Source of the DNA: Candidatus Sulfomarinibacteraceae bacterium
Lineage (GTDB): Bacteria > Acidobacteriota > Thermoanaerobaculia > Thermoanaerobaculales > Sulfomarinibacteraceae
Assembly: GCA_963796455.1 (NCBI GenBank)
Contig: CAWCLO010000004.1
Location: 1,184,001 to 1,248,000, forward strand
Reading direction: 5' to 3'
DNA length: 64,000 nucleotides
Both the position numbers and the translations under genes were made by a program. This document shows positions 57,944 to 64,000 of the stretch, piece after piece. Under the pieces are notes generated by a model. It saw only the letters and a list, made by a program, of their open reading frames with translations, was not told the DNA's origin and ran no database searches. Numbering within the stretch: the first letter of the stretch is position 1; each line of letters begins with the position of its first letter.

Positions 57944-59761
57944 GTGCCCGGACCCAATAATCTCCAGCAGCGATTTGTCGATCAGTTGCGATATGTGCCC
58001 CGTGCCTTCGCACTGGTGTGGTCTGCAGCACGGGGATGGACCGCATGTTGGATGTTGGTTCTCGCGATCCAGGGTCTTTTGCCCGTCGCCATCGTCTTTC
58101 TCACCCGCGTCCTCGTTGATCGCCTCGCGGCCGCTGCAGGAACCGGCGCCTCCTGGGAGCAACTTCAACCCATCGCCCTGCCTGCAGGTCTGATGGCCGG
58201 CCTGCTGGTCCTATCGGGTGTGCTCCGTGCCATCGACCGCCTGGTTCGATCGGCTCAAGCCGAGCTCGTCCGCGATCACATCAGTGGTCTGATCCACGAA
58301 AAATCGGCGGCCGTCGATCTCGCCCACTTCGAATCGCCCGAATATCACGACCTGCTGTATCGGGCGCGATCAGATTCCCACGACCGGCCGGTCCAACTCG
58401 TGCAGAACCTGGGTGCGCTGCTGCAGCACACACTCACCCTGTCGGCGATGGCTTTGGTACTCACCCGGTTTGGTTGGTGGGTCCCCCTGATCCTGCTCGT
58501 CAGCACCCTGCCGGCGCTCGCTGTGGTCTCCGGAAACGCCATCCGCCACCACCGGTGGTCCCTGAGCAGCACCGCCAACACCCGCCGAAGCTGGTATTAC
58601 GACTGGCTTTTGTGTACCAGGGAAAGCGCCGCCGAAACGCGAATCTTCGGTCTCGGCCCCGGTTTTTCTTCAGCCTTCCAATCGCTGCGGAAAAAACTCC
58701 GAAAGGGACGCTTCGATCTCAGCCTTGGCGAAGCTGTTGCGGAGATCGCCGCCGCGGTTTTCGCGCTCTTGGTGACCGGATCTATGGTGCTGTGGATGGT
58801 CATTCGGACCGCTGCCGGAAGCGCGACCCTGGGCGGGTTGGCCATGTTCTTCCAGGCATTTTCCCAGGGCCAGGCTCTCATGAGATCGCTCCTCGAGTCG
58901 GTTGGCCAGGTATGGGGAAACACCCTGTTCCTCGACAATCTTTTTCGTTTTCTCGCGATCGAATCGACAATCACCGACCCCACCAATCCCAAGTCACCCA
59001 TTTTCGACTCACCGCCCTCGATTCACCTCCGGACCGTTTCATTCTCCTATCCGAATGCGGAAGAAAAGGTCTTTGACGACCTGGATCTCGAGATCGAGGC
59101 AGCATCCACCGCCGCATTGCTCGGCGTCAACGGGGCCGGCAAAACAACCCTCTTCAAGTTGTTGTGCCGTTTTTACGATCCCGAGGGTGGCGCCGTGGAA
59201 ATAGGCGGTATCGATCTGCGCGAAATGGCCGTCGCGGACGCCCGTCGCCAGGTGAGCATTCTTTTTCAAGAGCCCGTCCACTACTCCGAAACCGTCCGCC
59301 GGAGCATCGCACTCGCCGAGCCGAACAAAGACCTCAGCGACGCTTCGATCGAGCGCGCGCTCGAGATCTCCGGCGCGCGGGAGATCGTGGACCGGATGCC
59401 GGACGGTCTCGATTCCATGCTGGGAACCTGGTTTTCCGGCGGGGCCGAACTGTCGGTCGGCGAGTGGCAGCGCCTCGCCCTTGCCCGAGCCCTCGTGCGC
59501 GAGGCTCCCGTCCTCCTGCTCGATGAACCGACCTCGGCCATGGATTCCTGGGCCGAGGCGGAGTGGAGGCAACGCCTCCGGCAAATGGCCGGCAAAAAGA
59601 CGGTGCTCGTGATCACCCACCGCTTGACCACCGCCATGCACGCCGACCGTATCTTCATCATGGATCGAGGCACCATCGTCGAGTCCGGAAGCCATGCAGA
59701 GTTGGTCACCGCAGGCGGGAGATACCAGGCGGCGTGGGATGGACAGTTCGGAGAATTGTGA
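57944..59761 (+). CDS. ABC exporter (fused TMD-NBD) of the type found with lasso/RRE clusters
   Basis: DLAHFESPEYHDLLYRA, GVNGAGKTT, GAELSVGEWQRLALAR and LDEPTSAMDSWAE. Confidence 0.9.
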   Translation: MPGPNNLQQRFVDQLRYVPRAFALVWSAARGWTACWMLVLAIQGLLPVAIVFLTRVLVDRLAAAAGTGASWEQLQPIALPAGLMAGLLVLSGVLRAIDRLVRSAQAELVRDHISGLIHEKSAAVDLAHFESPEYHDLLYRARSDSHDRPVQLVQNLGALLQHTLTLSAMALVLTRFGWWVPLILLVSTLPALAVVSGNAIRHHRWSLSSTANTRRSWYYDWLLCTRESAAETRIFGLGPGFSSAFQSLRKKLRKGRFDLSLGEAVAEIAAAVFALLVTGSMVLWMVIRTAAGSATLGGLAMFFQAFSQGQALMRSLLESVGQVWGNTLFLDNLFRFLAIESTITDPTNPKSPIFDSPPSIHLRTVSFSYPNAEEKVFDDLDLEIEAASTAALLGVNGAGKTTLFKLLCRFYDPEGGAVEIGGIDLREMAVADARRQVSILFQEPVHYSETVRRSIALAEPNKDLSDASIERALEISGAREIVDRMPDGLDSMLGTWFSGGAELSVGEWQRLALARALVREAPVLLLDEPTSAMDSWAEAEWRQRLRQMAGKKTVLVITHRLTTAMHADRIFIMDRGTIVESGSHAELVTAGGRYQAAWDGQFGEL

Positions 59762-60832
59762 ACTGTGAATTCTGAATTCGGAGTTCGGAGTTCGGAGTTC
59801 GGAGTTTTCATGATCCGCTCTCCCCTCTCCGCTTCCGGATCGGTATCCACCGCAGCCGTTCGATAGCGATAGCTGGCCGCTCACATTCAAGATGTCATCC
59901 TGAGCGGAGCGCCTTTGGCGCCCAGTCGAAGGATCTGCGGTTTGATGTCTTTCCGGTCCGTCTCATAGATCCTTCGACTACACCCCTGTAGGGGCTCCGC
60001 TCAGGATGACATCGGGAGGCGACACTCCCATGCAGGAGAAATCTGTACCGGGTGGTTTCCCCTCTGCCCCTCCGCCCCTCTGCTCCTCAGCGCTGTGGGG
60101 TGCGGTTCACCCTTTCACTTTTTCACCTCACCCCTTCAGGACCGGTACCCACCGCAGCCGTTCGATCAGCGATATTGGCTGGCCGCTGCATTCAAGATGT
60201 CATCCTGAGCGGAGCGCCTTGGCGCCCAGTCGAAGGATCTGCGGTTTGATGTCTTTCCGGTCCGTCTCATAGATCCTTCGACTACACCCCTGTAGGGGCT
60301 CCGCTCAGGATGACATCGGGAGGCGACACTCCCATGCAGGAGAAATCGGTACCGGGCGGTTTACCCTCTGCTCCTCAGCGCTGTGGGGTACGGTTCTCCC
60401 TTTCACCCTTTCACCCCTTCAGGACCGGTACCCACCGCAGCCGTTCGATAGCGATACCGATAGCGATAGCGATAGCGAGGCTGCCGAGCGATCCTCTGCC
60501 CCTCTGCCCTCGCCCCTCTGCCCCTCTGCCATGTACGGAAAAGTTTCCCTGTCGCCCCTTCTCCCCTGTCCCCTTTCTCCCTTTCTCCCTTTCTCCCTTT
60601 CCCCTTTCACCCCTTCAGGACCGGTACCCACCGCAGCCGTTCGATAGCGATACCGATAGCGATAGCGATAGCGAGGCTGCCGAGCGGTCCTCTGCCCCTC
60701 TGCTCCTCTGCCCCTCTGCCCCTCTGCCATGTACGGAAAAGTTTCCCTGTCGCCCCTTCTCCCCTGCTCCCTTTCTCCCTTTCTCCCTTTCTCCCTTTCC
60801 CCTTTCTCCCTTTCCCCCTTCTCCCCCGCCTC
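59760..60832 (+). repeat. 1.07 kb composite tandem array (about 305 bp and about 196 bp periods) with REPIN-like doublets and microsatellites
   Basis: Doublets at 59891-60013 and 60196-60317. ACCGCAGCCGTTCGAT occurs four times (~59849, 60151, 60434, 60630). Tracts of (GAGTTCG)n, (GATAGC)n, (CTCTGCC)n and (TTCTCCC)n. Confidence 0.92.
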
Positions 60833-60849
60833 CTGTATACTCTCGCGCC

Positions 60850-61290
60850 ATGAATCGAGTCTCCTGGGAACGTTATTTCATGAACCTCGCGGTGCAGGCC
60901 GCGACGCGGTCAACCTGTCCCCGCAAACACGTGGGCGCCATCATCGTCCGCGACAAGACGGTTCTGTCAACCGGGTACAACGGTTCGATCCGCGGAGCTC
61001 CACACTGCACCGAAGTGGGGTGCCTCATGGACAACGACCATTGCGTCCGGACCGTCCACGCCGAAGCCAACGCCCTGGTCCAGGCGGCGTGCCATGGCAT
61101 CGCTTTACGGGACGCCCAGATTTATGTCACCGCGTCGCCCTGTTTCAACTGTTTCAAGCTGATCGTCAACTCCGGGATTCGCGTCGTTTCCTTCGGCGAG
61201 TTCTATCGCGATGAACGGGTGCTCCAATTTGCCGACGAGCTGGGCATCGAAATGAACCATCTCGGACTCGAAGATCTCAGCCCTGAGTGA
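60850..61290 (+). CDS. dCMP deaminase / ComEB family
   Basis: RSTCPRKHVGA, TGYNG, HAEANA and SPCFNC. Confidence 0.93.
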   Translation: MNRVSWERYFMNLAVQAATRSTCPRKHVGAIIVRDKTVLSTGYNGSIRGAPHCTEVGCLMDNDHCVRTVHAEANALVQAACHGIALRDAQIYVTASPCFNCFKLIVNSGIRVVSFGEFYRDERVLQFADELGIEMNHLGLEDLSPE

Positions 61291-61874
61291 TGATCGACGT
61301 CGATTTCAATCAGGTCTCGATTCCTCTGGACGGTCAGGAGCTCTTCGGGCGCGACGCACCGATCGACGTGGAGATCGGCTCCGGCAAGGGGAAGTTCCTC
61401 AACGAGCTGGCTACCACGCATCCCGACCGGAATGTCCTCGCGGTTGAAAGATCGGCCAAATATCACCGGCTCTGCTGCGACAGGTCCGCCCGCCGTGGTC
61501 TGAGTAACGTGAGGCTGTTGCGAACCACCGGTGAAGACCTCCTCTATCGTTTGCTCGGGCCCGGGTCCGTCGAGAATATCTTTGTCCTCTTCCCCGATCC
61601 TTGGCCGAAAAAGCGACACCACAAACGACGGTTCATCCGGCCTGAAGTGGTTGCCGCGATAGGCCGCGCGCTGGTGCCGTCGGGCCGATTGCTGGTCAAG
61701 AGCGACCACCCGGCCTACGCCGAGGTCATCGGCGAGGTGCTTGCCGGTGCCGAGGGTTTTCGCACTCTGGATGTGGCGGCTGCCTTTGCCGAGTTGCCGG
61801 TCACCGGATTCGAGACCAAGTACCTCGCCGAAGGCCGGCCGATCTTCGCCTGGGCTCTTGAACGAATCGACTGA
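61287..61874 (+). CDS. trmB: tRNA (guanine-N7)-methyltransferase
   Basis: VEIGSGKG, FPDPWPKKRHHKRR, KSDH and TGFETKY. Confidence 0.93.
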   Translation: MMIDVDFNQVSIPLDGQELFGRDAPIDVEIGSGKGKFLNELATTHPDRNVLAVERSAKYHRLCCDRSARRGLSNVRLLRTTGEDLLYRLLGPGSVENIFVLFPDPWPKKRHHKRRFIRPEVVAAIGRALVPSGRLLVKSDHPAYAEVIGEVLAGAEGFRTLDVAAAFAELPVTGFETKYLAEGRPIFAWALERID

Positions 61875-61885
61875 TACATCCGTTT

Positions 61886-62071
61886 CGGAGAAACCGCAGA
61901 TAGCGCAGATCGACGCAGATAGAAATGAATCGGTGGACGATTCAAAAAGACCGAGTTCTCCGAAACATCGCCTCATGTTGCTCCTAGCGGAGCTGTCCTC
62001 AAAGGCTGTTTCGATCCTTCAAATGACCGGTCCGATATCTGCGCTCATCTGCGTGATCTGCGGTTTCTCCG
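61886..62071. repeat. 36 bp inverted repeat built from CGCAGAT units
   Basis: CGGAGAAACCGCAGATAGCGCAGATCGACGCAGATA (61886-61921) pairs with TATCTGCGCTCATCTGCGTGATCTGCGGTTTCTCCG (62036-62071). Confidence 0.85.
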
Positions 62072-62124
62072 GAGATGAGTATCCCGGCCGAAATCCGAAT
62101 TCCGAATTCCCGAATCCGAAATCC

Positions 62125-63501
62125 TCAGCCGCTGCTCTCTCCCTCCACCGTTGTCCCGTCGGAGAGAGTCAGATGCCATTGCAGCCGGACCCGGCTTCGA
62201 CCAGACGGCACCCGGATGGAGCCGCTCACGACTTCTTCTCCAGGCGCCAGATAGACCTCGAAGAAGCGAGCGGCGTTGACTCGATTGAGGTTGCCCTGTT
62301 CCCATTTTGAATGGTTGAAGGTGCCTAGATCGATCCGCTCGAACGAACCCTTGCTGTCCGCCACGATCCAACCTTCATCGACCGAAATCTGGATCCAATT
62401 GCCGAAGTTTGCAACTGCGGATGCAAAGGGGCTCGAGTTGGTCAATCGGATCCGCATGGTCCGACCGTTGCGATCCAAACGCACCTGAATATCAGGTTCG
62501 GGGCCGAATCCTTCGAGATAGTGAAGAAGGGTCTCCTGCGGCAAACCCAGCCCGAGATCATCCGGTGGCAGCACGACCAGGTCCCAACCCGCAACCTCGG
62601 GCAAAACGAGGCGATGGATCTCCTGCAACGACTGGTTCAATTTCGCGGCGTCCATCCATCGAACCGCGACGGAGTCCCCCTTCTGCCAACGCTTGCCGCT
62701 CCACGTCGCCGGTTTTTCAAAGTTGAAGGACCGATCGAGTGGCGAGGTCGTGGAGACGGTCGTCACCTGCCCCTCCGTCAAGGGATCCAGGTCTTCGAGC
62801 GCCGTATTCAATTCGGGAAGCGTCCTTGGTCCGATAACCACCGCCGGCCGTACCCGCACATCCGAGTCGGCGATCGGCGCCAGCTTTTCTGCCAATGCAA
62901 GCGGGCCGAGCTCCCGGACACCACGAAGATCGGCTTCGTCGGTTCCAAATGAGGGCACGATGCACACCCGCGCAGCCTCGGCCACAAGACGCCCCTGCTC
63001 GGTCTGCAGTTGTTCGAAACTCAGAATCGGAACAACCGCAACCCCTGAGGCCTCTGTCAGGGAGACGATGAAGCCGTCGATTCCTTCAACCAGGTGCGGA
63101 AAATCCAGAATGATCTCTGCCGGGATAAAGCTCCCGAATTCCGCCGCCAAACCCCTCCACACCGCCTCGGCATCAGCCGAGTCGAGATCGGGTCGAACGC
63201 CTTCGACCTCGAGCGCTACGGCAAGAGGGATCGCACCCTCCACCGCCACTGCCGGGAGCAGCCGGAGCACCGGGGCGCGACCTCCGAGGTCGATGCTCCC
63301 GCGGCGGATGACGACCTGGTCGACACCAGCGTTCTTCAGCTTCGCCGCCGTGTCGCCGTCAAGCCCGGTGGAACCGAGCCACATCACCAGACGCCGCGGC
63401 GACGGCGCGACCTCCTGAAATGTCGGATGGTCTCCTCCGCAACCGAACAGACCGGTGAGCAAAAAAACCGCGGTGATGGATTTCAGGAAATGCACCCTCA
63501 T
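62125..63501 (-). CDS. Hypothetical lipoprotein
   Basis: MRVHFLKSITAVFLLTGLFG-C lipobox; 458 aa ORF. Confidence 0.75.
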   Translation of the reverse strand: MRVHFLKSITAVFLLTGLFGCGGDHPTFQEVAPSPRRLVMWLGSTGLDGDTAAKLKNAGVDQVVIRRGSIDLGGRAPVLRLLPAVAVEGAIPLAVALEVEGVRPDLDSADAEAVWRGLAAEFGSFIPAEIILDFPHLVEGIDGFIVSLTEASGVAVVPILSFEQLQTEQGRLVAEAARVCIVPSFGTDEADLRGVRELGPLALAEKLAPIADSDVRVRPAVVIGPRTLPELNTALEDLDPLTEGQVTTVSTTSPLDRSFNFEKPATWSGKRWQKGDSVAVRWMDAAKLNQSLQEIHRLVLPEVAGWDLVVLPPDDLGLGLPQETLLHYLEGFGPEPDIQVRLDRNGRTMRIRLTNSSPFASAVANFGNWIQISVDEGWIVADSKGSFERIDLGTFNHSKWEQGNLNRVNAARFFEVYLAPGEEVVSGSIRVPSGRSRVRLQWHLTLSDGTTVEGESSG

Positions 63502-64000
63502 GGTTTCATCGTAACAAACAGATCGGTTTCTTCGGGAGAGGAGGGAAACTCGAGGCGGACTCTGAGGCCTCGCTCGCCATTGGCCGCCTGAACGCGGCCC
63601 TGGCACCGGGTCACCACCTGAAGTACCAGAGCGAGACCGAGACCGCTGCCCGAGGAGGTCGTAGAAAAGTGTGGCACGAAAAGCTCGGTAAGCTGACTCT
63701 CGGGCACACCTCCAGCGGTGTCTTCCACTTCCAACACGACCATGTCGCGCTGGCACGACAAACGGATCATCACCTCTCCGGTGCCACCACCCAGGGCCTG
63801 CACACTGTTTTGCACCAGATTCGAGATCGCGCGTTCGACCCACCGTCGGTCGGCGGTAATGGCGGGAGGTTTGGGCGAGCTGATCTCCCGCTTGAACCGA
63901 ATGCCGCTTCGTTCGAGAATCTCGGACCCGCTTGGAATCAAGGCGACGATTCGAGCAAGATCCACGGGCTCCGGCTCCCACTTTTCCAGTGCGACAAGAT
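63498..64000 (-). CDS. Sensor histidine kinase, C-terminal HATPase part (runs off the window end)
   Basis: NLVQNSVQA, EDTAGG, FVPHFSTTSSGSGLGL. Confidence 0.88.
   Translation of the reverse strand, partial: LVALEKWEPEPVDLARIVALIPSGSEILERSGIRFKREISSPKPPAITADRRWVERAISNLVQNSVQALGGGTGEVMIRLSCQRDMVVLEVEDTAGGVPESQLTELFVPHFSTTSSGSGLGLALVLQVVTRCQGRVQAANGERGLRVRLEFPSSPEETDLFVTMKP

Noticed and set aside
59760..60832. Possible CRISPR array
   Set aside because: Units are 196-305 bp with near-identical linkers rather than unique 30-40 bp spacers, and there are no cas genes.
60310..60849. Long N-terminal extension of dCMP deaminase (DSDTDSDS and PFSPFP repeats)
   Set aside because: It is translated repeat DNA. 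The real start is ATG 60850 behind TATACT.

Overview
This is a GC-rich bacterial window with no rRNA, CRISPR array, transposase or integrase. Gene content and repeat style suggest an Acidobacteriota (Thermoanaerobaculia-like) genome, which is my inference. In order it holds: (1) a Crp/Fnr regulator, a NapH-like polyferredoxin, an ECF transporter and an octaheme HAO-family cytochrome, with two matching TTGAC-N4-GTCAA boxes; (2) envelope and metal-stress genes (TerC, META, NlpE, PepSY-TM, Fur/PerR, NifU-type, ECF sigma/anti-sigma); (3) a ~23 kb surface-glycan locus with 3 methyltransferases, 11 glycosyltransferase genes and Wzm/Wzt; (4) housekeeping genes, tRNA-Gly(CCC) and an orphan lasso-type RRE/B2/ABC trio. 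The most interesting signal is that two unrelated secreted proteins end in the same C-terminal tag (PP-x0-1-IFSDGFE[S/T]GxTxxW). The gene right after one of them encodes a secreted beta-sandwich that seems to lack exactly that strand, which suggests a tag-catcher (strand-complementation) surface docking system; this is a hypothesis. The window also has modular REP/REPIN-like intergenic arrays, one copy of which is inverted relative to its flanks, many probable leaderless genes, and several frameshifts that are probably assembly indel errors.
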